This document shows, piece after piece, positions 37,826 to 47,597 of a stretch of 64,000 nt of DNA. Position 1 is the first letter of the stretch; each line of letters begins with the position of its first letter. The notes beneath the pieces were generated by a model that saw only the letters and a list, made by a program, of their open reading frames with translations, was not told the DNA's origin and searched no databases. Position numbers and translations under genes: made by a program. The DNA comes from Desulfatiglandales bacterium (GTDB lineage: Bacteria > Desulfobacterota > DSM-4660 > Desulfatiglandales > Desulfatiglandaceae), in assembly GCA_963662465.1 (NCBI GenBank), contig OY759599.1, positions 7,552,001-7,616,000 of the forward strand, read 5' to 3'.

Positions 37826-38167
37826 ATGCATGAAATGTCCATTGCGCAAAGTCTTCTGGATGTGATCAAAGACGAGATGAAAAAAAACGAGGCAACGGTT
37901 TTAAACTCCGTTCTCCTCCATATTGGACAACTTTCCGCCATTGTTCCTGAGTCCCTTTCCTTTTGCTTTGAAATAATGACGTCGGGTACGGAATTGGAGG
38001 GTGCAAAGCTCAATATGGAAATCATCCCTCTGACGGGAAATTGCCGGAAATGCGGTCAGGCCTTTGAAATTAAAAACTATGCATTTGAATGCCCTTTTTG
38101 CGACAGCACTGATATTGAGACCCTTTCCGGTCAGGAGTTGTCCATTGTGGAGATGGAGGTGGATTGA
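37826..38167 (+). CDS. hypA: Hydrogenase nickel chaperone HypA
   Basis: MHEMSIA, CRKC, CPFC, SGQEL. Confidence 0.95.
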   Translation: MHEMSIAQSLLDVIKDEMKKNEATVLNSVLLHIGQLSAIVPESLSFCFEIMTSGTELEGAKLNMEIIPLTGNCRKCGQAFEIKNYAFECPFCDSTDIETLSGQELSIVEMEVD

Positions 38168-38262
38168 GGGGTTTTCTATCTATTGACGCGTTATGCGATG
38201 TTTGTAATCGATGATCGATACATAGAGCAAAAATTTAGTGATAAGATTTAAGGAATTAGAAA

Positions 38263-38895
38263 ATGACGCAATCCCTGGCTCAGTCCAAATATTCGCCGGC
38301 ACAGTACCTGGCATTAGAGCGCGAAGCAGAGCAAAAAAGCGAATACGTTAACGGTCATATTTTTGCTATGGCCGGGGCCAGTCGACAACACAACCAAATC
38401 ACGTTCAACCTTGCCGGTGAACTTCGCGCCCAGCTCAGAGGTCGGCCTTGTGTAGCATATGTAAGTGATATGCGGGTCAAAGTCAGCACAACCGGTTTGT
38501 ACACTTACCCGGATGTGGTGGCACTTTGTGGTGAAGCCGAATTTGAAGATACCTTCATGGATACGCTGCTTAATCCCATGGTTATTATGGAAGTACTTTC
38601 CAGATCTACGGAAGCCTATGATCGAGGAGAAAAATTTGCCCATTATCGAAGGTTCCCTTCGCTCTGCGATTATGTACTCATCACCCAAAACAAAGTACGT
38701 ATTGAGCATTATGTTCGACAGGATAAACAATGGATTCTTTCCGAGTTTGACGATTGGAACAATACGATTCAATTAGCTTCCATTGATTGCAGTTTGTCGC
38801 TTGAAGAGGTCTACGACAAAGTGAAGTTCCCGGAAGAAAATGAAACCGGAACAGTGCCGCTGGGAATGGGTCGGAGTATTACAAGTAAAGGTTAG
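38263..38895 (+). CDS. Uma2 family endonuclease
   Basis: EYVNG.I.AMAGAS..H, YPDV, EVLSRST..YDRGEKF..Y. Confidence 0.92.
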   Translation: MTQSLAQSKYSPAQYLALEREAEQKSEYVNGHIFAMAGASRQHNQITFNLAGELRAQLRGRPCVAYVSDMRVKVSTTGLYTYPDVVALCGEAEFEDTFMDTLLNPMVIMEVLSRSTEAYDRGEKFAHYRRFPSLCDYVLITQNKVRIEHYVRQDKQWILSEFDDWNNTIQLASIDCSLSLEEVYDKVKFPEENETGTVPLGMGRSITSKG

Positions 38896-38935
38896 GATCT
38901 TATTTTCAGGTTTTTTTGCCACAAAAAACAAGAAA

Positions 38936-38996
38936 AAAAGACCATTCTCGCTTTGAAGGACCATTTGAAAATCGGGGTCATTGAAGGCGATATCCA
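38936..38996 (+). repeat. 61-bp copy of internal hypB (39794-39854)
   Basis: Three mismatches by eye. Confidence 0.9.
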
Positions 38997-39009
38997 AGCG
39001 ACATATCGA

Positions 39010-39080
39010 TTTGCGACAGCACTGATATTGAGACTCTTTCCGGTCAGGAGTTGTCCATTGTGGAGATGGAGGTGGATTGA
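39010..39080 (+). repeat. 71-bp copy of the hypA 3' end (38097-38167)
   Basis: One mismatch; includes the stop codon; ttttctatc follows both copies. Confidence 0.92.
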
Positions 39081-39107
39081 AGCATTTTCTATCGGAGAAT
39101 CGTTGTC

Positions 39108-39314
39108 ATGTATTTAACAATTGAGATTGAACAAGAAGAGGATGGACGATGGATTACCGAAGTATTGGAAATCCCAGGTGCAATGGCGTATGGAAAGACC
39201 AAAAAAGAAGCCATTGCAAAAGTTCAAACGCTTGCTTTACGTGTTTTGGTAGATCGTTTGGAGCAAGGTGAGAACGTCCCTGAAATAAATGCGATTTTTT
39301 CGATAGCCGCATGA
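39108..39314 (+). CDS. hicB: HicB-like antitoxin
   Basis: EQEEDGRW.TEV.EIPG.MAYG.T..EA. Confidence 0.88.
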   Translation: MYLTIEIEQEEDGRWITEVLEIPGAMAYGKTKKEAIAKVQTLALRVLVDRLEQGENVPEINAIFSIAA

Positions 39315-39526
39315 GTCAGTGGCTGGCGACAAAAGCGAAGCGTGTTCTCGCGGCCTTGTTGCGAATTGGGTGGCGTATCACGCGTCAAACAGGTGGTTCG
39401 CATCGTATGCTCTCCCGTGCCGATTGGCCTGATTTTGTATTTGCATTCCATGATCATGAAGAAATAGGTCCTCGTATGCTGTCGCGTATTGCTAAGCGGA
39501 CAGGTCTTCACCCAAAAGACTTTTAG
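39311..39526 (+). CDS. hicA: HicA-like toxin
   Basis: GW...RQ.GGSH, H..EEIGP.ML.RI. Confidence 0.88.
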   Translation: MSQWLATKAKRVLAALLRIGWRITRQTGGSHRMLSRADWPDFVFAFHDHEEIGPRMLSRIAKRTGLHPKDF

Positions 39527-39654
39527 GGCGCAACTGGAGGTTATACGGGATAAATGAGTGTGGTATGCCTGTGGCGGCCACGTTTATTTGTGAGGATGAA
39601 AAAAGTATAAACGAGTAGGTTGCATGGCATTTATATTGTAATGGAGAAGCGCCA

Positions 39655-40308
39655 ATGAAAGTGTCGGTTGTGAAAAATATTCTGGCGGCTAACGATCGGA
39701 TCGCTCAGGAAAACAGGGCTATTTTTGATGAGCATAATCTACTGGTCTTTAATCTCATGAGTTCTCCCGGGGCCGGTAAGACCAGCCTTTTGGAAAAGAC
39801 TATTCTCGCTTTGAAGAACCATTTAAAAATCGGGGTCATTGAAGGCGATATCCAGTCTTCTCAGGACGCGGAGCGGATTGCTGAAACGGGAGCGCCGGTG
39901 GTGCAGATTAACACGGGCGGCGCCTGTCATCTGGATGGCAACATGATTCGCGATACGTTTCATGAGTTTGATTTTGATGCGCTTGACCTGCTGGTGGTCG
40001 AAAATGTGGGCAATCTGGTTTGCCCCGCGGAATTCAAGGTGGGCGAAGATTTCAAGGTGATGATTTTAAGCGTCACTGAAGGTGAAGACAAACCCGCCAA
40101 ATACCCCCTCATGTTTCATGAATCAAAGGCCCTTCTGATTAGCAAAATTGACCTGTTGCCCTATGTGGACTGTTCGGTTGAGCGCATCAGGGAAGAAGCC
40201 TTAAAGGTGAACCCCAACCTGGTGATTTTTGAAATTTCCTGCAAAACAGGGGAGGGTCTGGATGCGTGGTGCGATTGGCTTAAAGGGGAAGTTAAATCAA
40301 AGGCCTAA
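39655..40308 (+). CDS. hypB: Hydrogenase nickel GTPase HypB
   Basis: SSPGAGKT, GGACHLD, ENVGNLVCPAEF. Confidence 0.96.
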   Translation: MKVSVVKNILAANDRIAQENRAIFDEHNLLVFNLMSSPGAGKTSLLEKTILALKNHLKIGVIEGDIQSSQDAERIAETGAPVVQINTGGACHLDGNMIRDTFHEFDFDALDLLVVENVGNLVCPAEFKVGEDFKVMILSVTEGEDKPAKYPLMFHESKALLISKIDLLPYVDCSVERIREEALKVNPNLVIFEISCKTGEGLDAWCDWLKGEVKSKA

Positions 40309-40401
40309 CGCGGCATAGCCGCAGTTCTAAGTTTTAGGTTTTAAGTTTTAAGTTTTTCCATCAATGAATTTCTTGTTTGTTTATGGCAGGGTTTCAGGAA
40401 A
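40304..40401 (+). repeat. ~98-bp intergenic element (copy 2)
   Basis: cctaa-cgcggcatagccgc-(gttttaa/g)n-caatgaatttcttg-cagggtttcaggaaa. Confidence 0.88.
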
Positions 40402-40403
40402 CT

Positions 40404-42725
40404 ATGAAACGGCGAACCAGCGGTGTTATTGAAGGGATTGTTCAGGGAGTTGGCTTTCGACCCTTCATCTACCAGTTGGCAGGTCGATATCAACTGTCGG
40501 GTTATGTGGGCAATACGGATTTCGGTGTGGATATCGAGGTGGAAGGCGCCCCCCGGGATATTGACTCTTTTACCGAGGCCGTGGTTTCGAACCCCCCGCC
40601 ACTGGCTCATATCGCCTCGGTTTGCTGGACGGATGTCCCCCTAAAAAACCAGAACTCCTTTGAAATTCGAGAAAGCAGCGGCGCACGGGAACGGTCCGCC
40701 CTTATCACTCCGGATGTGGGCATCTGTTCAGACTGCCTCGAAGAGCTGATGAATCCTTTGGATCGGCGATTTCGCTATCCTTTTATCAACTGCACCAACT
40801 GCGGTCCCCGATATACCATCATCAAAGATATTCCCTATGATCGGGCTGTCACCACCATGGCCTCTTTCAAAATGTGCCCGGTGTGTCAACAAGAATATGA
40901 AGACCCCACCAATCGGCGTTTTCATGCGCAGCCCAACGCTTGCTGGGCCTGTGGGCCGGGTGTGTCCTTCTATGACTGTGAGGGCAAAAAAATCTTCTGT
41001 GATGATCCGGTCCAAAAAACAGTTTCCCTTTTGGCTGAAGGGTCAATCCTGGCCATCAAGGGGTTGGGCGGGTTTCATCTTTGTGTGGATGCTGCAAATC
41101 TTTCGGCCGTGGTTCGACTCAGGAGGCAAAAACATCGGGAAGAAAAGCCCCTCGCTGTAATGGTTCGGGATCTTGAGATGGCCCGGAAAATCGTCCATGT
41201 GAGCCAGGTGGAAGCTGAATTGCTTTCGTCCCATGAAAAACCGATTGTTCTTCTCAAGAAAAGAAAAATCACGGGTCTCGCCGAACAGGTGGCGCCGTTT
41301 AACCGTTCTCTGGGCGTCATGTTGCCCTATACCCCGTTGCATGTTCTTCTGATGGCGGGCCCTTTCAGTGCCCTGGTCATGACCAGCGGCAATGTGAGTG
41401 AGGAACCCATCGCGCGGGACAATGATGAGGCCTTTAAAAAACTTCATGGCATTGCCGATTATTTTCTGGCCCACAATCGGGATATCTATCTTCGCGGGGA
41501 TGATTCAGTGGTTCGGGTGGTGGATGGGGTTGGAAGACAGCTCAGGCGATCCCGGGGATACGTGCCGGTGCCTATTTTTTTGCCCCCATCCTTCGGCGCC
41601 ATGCCGGCGGTGCTGGCCCTGGGGGGGGAACTTAAAAATACGATCTGTTTGACCAAAAAAAATCGGGCTTTTTTAAGTCAGCATATCGGGGATCTGGAGA
41701 ATCTGGAAACTTTCGATTTTTTTCGTTTGACCGTGTCGCATCTGCGGCGAATTCTGGAGATTCATCCCGAAGTGATGGTCCACGACCTTCACCCCGACTA
41801 TCTGAGTTCCAGGTTTGCCAGGGAACAACATGAAATTGCGACCTTCGCCGTGCAACATCACCATGCTCATATTGTGAGCTGTCTTGCCGAGCATGGCAGG
41901 GAAGGCCCTGTCATCGGGGTGGCCATGGACGGCACGGGACTGGGATTGGATGGGGCCATTTGGGGCGGCGAAATTCTGATCTCTGATGCCGTTTCCTTTA
42001 GAAGATGCGCCCATTTGTCCTATCTTCCGCTTCCCGGCGGTGATGCGGCCGCCAAATCGCCATGGCGTATGGGGTTGATCTATCTTCATCATGCCTATGG
42101 GGAGAAACTGTTTGATCTTTCCATTCCCTTTGTTCGGAATATGGATCTGGAGACGTCATCTATTATTCTGCAAATGACCCGGAAAGGGGTTCATTCGCCG
42201 TTGACATCCAGTTGCGGCCGGTTTTTTGATGCGGTTTCCGCTTTGATTGGCATTCGCAACGAAATCGCATATGAGGGGCAGGCGGCTATTGAACTGGAGA
42301 TGATTCAGGATTTAAACGAAGAAGGGGCTTATGCTTTCGACATTCATCCACGAGCGAATAAATGGGTCATGGAAACCACCCCGATCATTCAGGGCGTGGT
42401 CAAAGATCTGCTTGAAGGCGAAAGCCAAGGCGTTATCAGCCGCCGCTTTCACAATACCCTGATTCAAATGTTGCACCGGATCTGCATCATCATCAGGACG
42501 GAAAGCGGTATTGAACAGGTGGCGTTGAGTGGTGGGACCTTTCAGAACGAAACCCTGCAGAGCGGTCTGACGAAGGTCCTTGTCTCTGACGGATTTAACG
42601 TCTTGAGCCACGCACTGGTTCCCACCAACGACGGCGGATTGAGTTTGGGCCAGGCGGTTATTGCCGGGATGATTTGTGCCGGCCATCAGGGTCAATTTGA
42701 GGAAACCTATGAAATACATGGATGA
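40404..42725 (+). CDS. hypF: Carbamoyltransferase HypF
   Basis: GIVQGVGFRPF, CTNCGPR, RRFHAQ, QHHHAH, NDGGLSLGQ. Confidence 0.96.
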   Translation: MKRRTSGVIEGIVQGVGFRPFIYQLAGRYQLSGYVGNTDFGVDIEVEGAPRDIDSFTEAVVSNPPPLAHIASVCWTDVPLKNQNSFEIRESSGARERSALITPDVGICSDCLEELMNPLDRRFRYPFINCTNCGPRYTIIKDIPYDRAVTTMASFKMCPVCQQEYEDPTNRRFHAQPNACWACGPGVSFYDCEGKKIFCDDPVQKTVSLLAEGSILAIKGLGGFHLCVDAANLSAVVRLRRQKHREEKPLAVMVRDLEMARKIVHVSQVEAELLSSHEKPIVLLKKRKITGLAEQVAPFNRSLGVMLPYTPLHVLLMAGPFSALVMTSGNVSEEPIARDNDEAFKKLHGIADYFLAHNRDIYLRGDDSVVRVVDGVGRQLRRSRGYVPVPIFLPPSFGAMPAVLALGGELKNTICLTKKNRAFLSQHIGDLENLETFDFFRLTVSHLRRILEIHPEVMVHDLHPDYLSSRFAREQHEIATFAVQHHHAHIVSCLAEHGREGPVIGVAMDGTGLGLDGAIWGGEILISDAVSFRRCAHLSYLPLPGGDAAAKSPWRMGLIYLHHAYGEKLFDLSIPFVRNMDLETSSIILQMTRKGVHSPLTSSCGRFFDAVSALIGIRNEIAYEGQAAIELEMIQDLNEEGAYAFDIHPRANKWVMETTPIIQGVVKDLLEGESQGVISRRFHNTLIQMLHRICIIIRTESGIEQVALSGGTFQNETLQSGLTKVLVSDGFNVLSHALVPTNDGGLSLGQAVIAGMICAGHQGQFEETYEIHG

Positions 42726-43791
42726 ATATCGGGACGGCGCAGTGGCAAAAGCCCTGTCTGACAGGATCAGGGCCATTTCCACGAAACGGGTGCGCTTGAT
42801 GGAAATCTGCGGGACCCACACCATGGCTATTTTCAGACACGGCATTCGAAGTCTTTTGCCCGAAACCATTGAGCTGGTGTCAGGTCCCGGTTGCCCCGTC
42901 TGCGTTACCGCCATGGAGGAGATTGACCGGGCCGTGAAACTGGCGCGGACCCCGGGGGTGATGGTAACCACCTTCGGGGATATGATCCGGGTGCCCGGCA
43001 GCGGTTTTTCCCTGCAGATGGCGCAGGCTGAAGGGGCCACGGTGAAAATGGTCTATTCTACTTTTGACGCCCTGAAAATTGCTTCCCATAACCGTGACAG
43101 AGAGGTGGTTTTCCTGGGCATCGGGTTTGAGACCACCGCTCCCACGGTGGCGGCCGCCATTCAGACTGCATATGCCAATGGTGATGCCAATTTTTCGGTA
43201 CTCTCGGCCCATAAACTGCTGCCCCCGGCCATGGATGCCCTCCTTTCCGATGGGAATGCCATGGTTGACGGGTTTCTCTGCCCGGGCCATGTGACCACCA
43301 TCATCGGCACGTCCTCTTATGAAACCGTGACCAAAAAGTACAACACGCCCTGTGTGGTGACCGGGTTTGAGCCCGTGGATATTCTTCAGGGGATACTGAT
43401 GCTGGTGGAGCAGATTGAATCAGGCCGGTCGGAGGTTGAGATTCAATATGCCCGCGGCGTTTCACCCGAGGGGAATCCCGGCGCCCAGGCCATCATGAAC
43501 GGGGTATTTGAACCCTGCCATGCGCCCTGGCGAGGGTTGGGAATTATTCCAGGCAGTGGCCTTGCCATCAGGGAAATCTATGAAAGCTTTGATGCGAGAA
43601 ATCGATTTGACCTGGAAGTGCCGCCGGCCCGGGAGCCGTCCGGCTGCCTCTGCGCACGGATACTCCGGGGTGCTGCCAGGCCCCCGGACTGTAAGCTGTT
43701 TCGGAAGTCCTGCACACCGGGGACACCTGTCGGTCCGTGCATGGTATCCAGCGAAGGGACCTGTGCGGCTTATTTTAAATACCATCCATAA
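42709..43791 (+). CDS. hypD: Hydrogenase maturation protein HypD
   Basis: MEICGTHT, GPGCPVC, GFETT, PGHV, CMVSSEG.C. Confidence 0.96.
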   Translation: MKYMDEYRDGAVAKALSDRIRAISTKRVRLMEICGTHTMAIFRHGIRSLLPETIELVSGPGCPVCVTAMEEIDRAVKLARTPGVMVTTFGDMIRVPGSGFSLQMAQAEGATVKMVYSTFDALKIASHNRDREVVFLGIGFETTAPTVAAAIQTAYANGDANFSVLSAHKLLPPAMDALLSDGNAMVDGFLCPGHVTTIIGTSSYETVTKKYNTPCVVTGFEPVDILQGILMLVEQIESGRSEVEIQYARGVSPEGNPGAQAIMNGVFEPCHAPWRGLGIIPGSGLAIREIYESFDARNRFDLEVPPAREPSGCLCARILRGAARPPDCKLFRKSCTPGTPVGPCMVSSEGTCAAYFKYHP

Positions 43792-43801
43792 GGAGGAAGC
43801 C

Positions 43802-44182
43802 ATGTTCAAAATTTTGGAAGGAAGTGAAGGCAATGTGCTGGGTGTTGAGGTGGTCGGTGGTTATATGAAAGAAGACATTGAGGAACTGAAAAAAATCTGT
43901 GATGATAAACTTGCTGAGGGGCACGATAAACTGAATTTTCTCATCAGGATCGATCAGCTGGATTTTGGAAAGAGCGAGTTCGGAGCCTTTTACGAGGATG
44001 CCAAATATGCCCTTTCGCATATGAAAAATCTGCGTCATATTGCAGTGGTGGGTCACAGCAAACTGGAAAAAATTTTGATTGAGTTGGATAATAAGCTATT
44101 GGGTAGCGTAAAGAAGGATTTGATTGAAAAATATTTTGATGTGGCCGATATGGATAAAGCCTGGGAGTTCGTGCGCGGCTAG
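43802..44182 (+). CDS. STAS/SEC14 (SpoIIAA-like) protein
   Basis: IAVVG, YFD..D.DKAWEF; SD AGGAGG. Confidence 0.78.
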   Translation: MFKILEGSEGNVLGVEVVGGYMKEDIEELKKICDDKLAEGHDKLNFLIRIDQLDFGKSEFGAFYEDAKYALSHMKNLRHIAVVGHSKLEKILIELDNKLLGSVKKDLIEKYFDVADMDKAWEFVRG

Positions 44183-44283
44183 GCCTGTTTTTTTCATCCG
44201 TCAATTCGAATATTTTCCCAGGGGATTCGAGATGTTTGTCACGATCACGGAGCCCCCGGGGATTTTTAGCTTTTGATGTCGGT

Positions 44284-45120
44284 CTACCCTTTCCCCAGTT
44301 CAATGGACCGTTTTGTGGCGGATTCAACCGCATTCATGAGGGAAGCGCGAAGGCCGCCTTTTTCCAGCTCATGGATGCCCGCGATGGTGGTGCCGCCGGG
44401 AGAAGTTACCATACATTTGAGTTGCCCGGGGTTCGTGCGGGTCTCAAGGAACATCTTGGCTGATCCCATGAGGGTTTGTGCCGCAAGGGTCTCCGCCACA
44501 TCCCGGGGCAGGCCCATTTTGACGCCGCCGTCGGCCAGGGCTTCCAGTATGATGAACACATAGGCGGGGCCGGAACCGGAAAGACCCGTGGCGGCGTCAA
44601 TCAGCTTTTCTTCAATGCGCACGGTGCGCCCGATGGGATGGAAAAGCGTCTCCACGGTCTCGAAATCTTCGGGACGGGCGGGACTGTCGGAGGCGATGGC
44701 GATGGCGCCTGCCATCACTGTGACCGGCGTATTGGGGATGGTGCGAACAACCCGCGGATGCTGGGGCAGCGCGTCAACGAAAGTCTGAATGGGGACGCCG
44801 GCCACAATGGAAATCAGCAGTTTATCAGGACCCATATGAACGCTGATGTCGTTTAGCACCTCATGGATCACCTGGGGTTTAACGGCCAGAATGAGCACAT
44901 TTGATCGGTCTATCAGCGATCGATTGTCTGCCAGGGTTTCCATGTCAAAGGTCTTGGACATGTGGACTCTTCGTTCATGGGAGATGTCTGATGCCAGAAT
45001 TCGGTCAGGCAATACCACCTGGTTTTTGATGATACCGCGAATTATGGCTTCCGCCATGTTGCCCGCGCCGATAAAGCCTAAGGACTTGTCCTTCAGAGCG
45101 GATTTAATATCTAAAGACAT
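44284..45120 (-). CDS. proC: Pyrroline-5-carboxylate reductase
   Basis: GFIGAGNMA, LAVKPQ, SGSGPAY, VTSPGGTT. Confidence 0.96.
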   Translation of the reverse strand: MSLDIKSALKDKSLGFIGAGNMAEAIIRGIIKNQVVLPDRILASDISHERRVHMSKTFDMETLADNRSLIDRSNVLILAVKPQVIHEVLNDISVHMGPDKLLISIVAGVPIQTFVDALPQHPRVVRTIPNTPVTVMAGAIAIASDSPARPEDFETVETLFHPIGRTVRIEEKLIDAATGLSGSGPAYVFIILEALADGGVKMGLPRDVAETLAAQTLMGSAKMFLETRTNPGQLKCMVTSPGGTTIAGIHELEKGGLRASLMNAVESATKRSIELGKG

Positions 45121-45149
45121 AGGGTGTAAGCCTCCTTAACTGTAAGAAT

Positions 45150-46646
45150 CTAAGACCCAAAAAGCGTTTTCACGATGGGTTTGGTCACCTTTCCCATGGG
45201 GTTGCACGGCAGCTTTTTTACCACCAGAACGTTGGTGGGGACTTTGTAGGGCGCAAGCCTTTCCTTTCCCCAGTTTCGCAGTTCCGCCGGTGAGAGCGAA
45301 GCACCCTCTTCAAGAACGATGGCCGCGCAGACCCTTTCTCCCCATTCGAGATCTTCCTTTCCCACCACGGCGCATTCCGTGATATGAGGGTGGCTTCTGA
45401 GGACTTCCTCGATTTCAAGGGCCGAGATTTTAAAGCCGCCGGTTTTGATAATGTCCGTACTTTGCCGGCCCAGAATGCGGTAGTCGCTTTTTTCCACCAC
45501 GGCCATGTCCCCGGTGCGAAACCAGGCGCCGCGAAATGCACTTTGCGTCTCTTGGGTCCGCTGCCAGTATTCCTGAAATACGGATGGTCCACTGACCTCG
45601 ATTTCTCCCGAAGTTCCGGCGGGAACCGCATTGCCGGCTTCATCTACCAGGCGAACGTCCACTCCGGGCAGTGGGGCGCCCACATATCCCGGTTTCCGTT
45701 TTCCATGGAGCGGATTAGAAAGGGCCATGCCGATTTCCGTCATGCCATAGCGCTCCAGCAGTGCATGACCGCTGATGCTTTGCCACTCATGAAAGGCCGT
45801 GGCCGGAAGGGCGGCCGATCCCGAGACCATGAGCCGGAGACGTGCGCAGGCCTTTGCCATGATCTGCTGCTGTTCCGGGGATGATTCCTTCCAGGCCGCG
45901 ATCAATTTGACATAGATGGTGGGTACCGCCATGAACAACGTGATGTTGCCTTCAAGAAATTTTTGCCATACCCGGGCAGCGTCGAAACGGGGAAGCATTT
46001 CGCAACTTGCTCCGGCCCACTGGGCGCAGCACAGCACATTGACGATGCCGTGGGTGTGATGCAGGGGCAGCACGTGAAGGATGCGATCATCCCCGCGCCA
46101 TTCCCAAGCTTTGACCAGGGTCGTGATCTGGACTTGAAGATTGTGGTGGGTCAGGAGTACGCCTTTGGGTTTTCCCGTGGTGCCGCTGGTGTAGAGAATC
46201 ATGGCCGGGTTTTCAGAACTAACCTCGGGAAGTGCCTGAACATCGCTTTTGAGGAGGCTGTCTGTTGATAGGAAAGGGATATCAAGCTTCCGGGCGATGG
46301 GTGCAAGGGTGTCGATAAAATCCGGATGACCGACCACAATGGATGCCCCTGAATCTTGAATGGCATATGCTAACTCTGCTGGTGGATGGACTTCACAGAG
46401 GGGCACGGCGATGCCCCCCGCACGCCAGATTCCCCACTGGACGGTCGGGTAATCAAAATTCCGGGGCACCAGGAATGCCACCCGCCGGCCTTCAAGGTCC
46501 TTTTTCCCCGCCAGAAGTCCCGCGGCCGCCCGCGAAGAGGCCTCAAGGAGTTCACGGTAGGTGAAATCGCCATCCACTGTGGAGATGGCGATTCGTTCTC
46601 CGTGCTTTTCAGCCCTTGCAACAAGGGGAATGCCGGTGTTAACCAT
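45150..46646 (-). CDS. Acyl-CoA synthetase (MatB/ACSF3-like)
   Basis: YTSGTTGKPKG, LPLHH.HG, ERYGMTEIGM, FRTGD. Confidence 0.88.
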   Translation of the reverse strand: MVNTGIPLVARAEKHGERIAISTVDGDFTYRELLEASSRAAAGLLAGKKDLEGRRVAFLVPRNFDYPTVQWGIWRAGGIAVPLCEVHPPAELAYAIQDSGASIVVGHPDFIDTLAPIARKLDIPFLSTDSLLKSDVQALPEVSSENPAMILYTSGTTGKPKGVLLTHHNLQVQITTLVKAWEWRGDDRILHVLPLHHTHGIVNVLCCAQWAGASCEMLPRFDAARVWQKFLEGNITLFMAVPTIYVKLIAAWKESSPEQQQIMAKACARLRLMVSGSAALPATAFHEWQSISGHALLERYGMTEIGMALSNPLHGKRKPGYVGAPLPGVDVRLVDEAGNAVPAGTSGEIEVSGPSVFQEYWQRTQETQSAFRGAWFRTGDMAVVEKSDYRILGRQSTDIIKTGGFKISALEIEEVLRSHPHITECAVVGKEDLEWGERVCAAIVLEEGASLSPAELRNWGKERLAPYKVPTNVLVVKKLPCNPMGKVTKPIVKTLFGS

Positions 46647-47235
46647 GGATTTTCATTGCTACCTGGGCAACCCTTTGTCCTAGGCTCTCCACGGTTTTAA
46701 GGCCTGCATCATCCTTTTCAATGCCTTCCGGGTGACCTCCCCACATGGTTCCGCCAAAATGCGCCCCCGGCTTGCCGTCTCCCACCAGGATCATGTCGTG
46801 AACCAGCATGACCGATTGAACCTGCTGTATGGCCGCCTCCTGTCCGCCATTCCGAAATCCTCCCACGGCAATGACGCCGCCCACTTTGTCTTGAAACAGG
46901 AATCCATTGCGCCTGAACATGACGCTGCGATCCAGAAAGGCTTTGCATTGGGAACTCATGGCGCCCAGGTATACCGGGGTTGCCACGATAATCCCCCCTA
47001 ATTCTGGATCTTTGAGGATGGGAATGATGTCGTTAAAATCATCTTTCTGGCTGCATTCCAGTGCTTTCATGCAGTGGCCGCATGCAATACACCCTTTGAT
47101 TTCCATTCCAGCAAGGTCGATGATTTCAGTTTTGATTTCAGGGAAATTTTCAGTAATTGCGCGGATGCAATAGTCCAGGGACGTCCGGGTAGTCTTTCCT
47201 TTTCGAGGGCTGCAGGAAACGCCGACAATTTTCAT
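46639..47235 (-). CDS. Iron-sulfur flavoprotein / flavodoxin family
   Basis: SPR..KTT, CIACGHC.....C, TPVY, RNGGQE. Confidence 0.88.
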   Translation of the reverse strand: MKIVGVSCSPRKGKTTRTSLDYCIRAITENFPEIKTEIIDLAGMEIKGCIACGHCMKALECSQKDDFNDIIPILKDPELGGIIVATPVYLGAMSSQCKAFLDRSVMFRRNGFLFQDKVGGVIAVGGFRNGGQEAAIQQVQSVMLVHDMILVGDGKPGAHFGGTMWGGHPEGIEKDDAGLKTVESLGQRVAQVAMKIHG

Positions 47236-47499
47236 GGGATTCTCCTTTCCATGGTTCCGACCGGCGCGGGATAATCATGAATCGCCGGGTTTTGGAACCG
47301 CTTTAAGATTGTATTGATGAAAACATGTTAAACGGGGAATTTAACGATTTCCCATGAAGATTGATATGGCCCATATAGCGCGTGGAGTCAAGGGTATTTC
47401 AGTGAATATGTTTTCGAAAACCGCTAAAATTACCATGACCGCTTGTTGCTTCCGGCGCTTTAACATGGTAATAGAACGACCAACCGTTCACAGGGGGCA

Positions 47500-47579
47500 G
47501 GGAACAGTTGTCAGGGGGCAGGATAAAATTCGAAGCTGATTTTCTGCACCCTGACAACTGCACCCTGACAACTGTTCCT
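47500..47579. repeat. Inverted repeat built from 7-mer units
   Basis: ggaacagttgtcagggggcag ... ctgcaccctgacaactgcaccctgacaactgttcc. Confidence 0.8.
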
Positions 47580-47597
47580 AATAAGGAGACGTATGTT

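Noticed and set aside
38936..39080. hypA/hypB fragment copies as DGR template repeats or a prophage att site
   Set aside because: No RT, integrase or phage genes nearby; the few mismatches cannot establish adenine-specific mutagenesis.
43508..43801. Extension of ORF 43508-44182
   Set aside because: It overlaps hypD; the SD-supported start is 43802.
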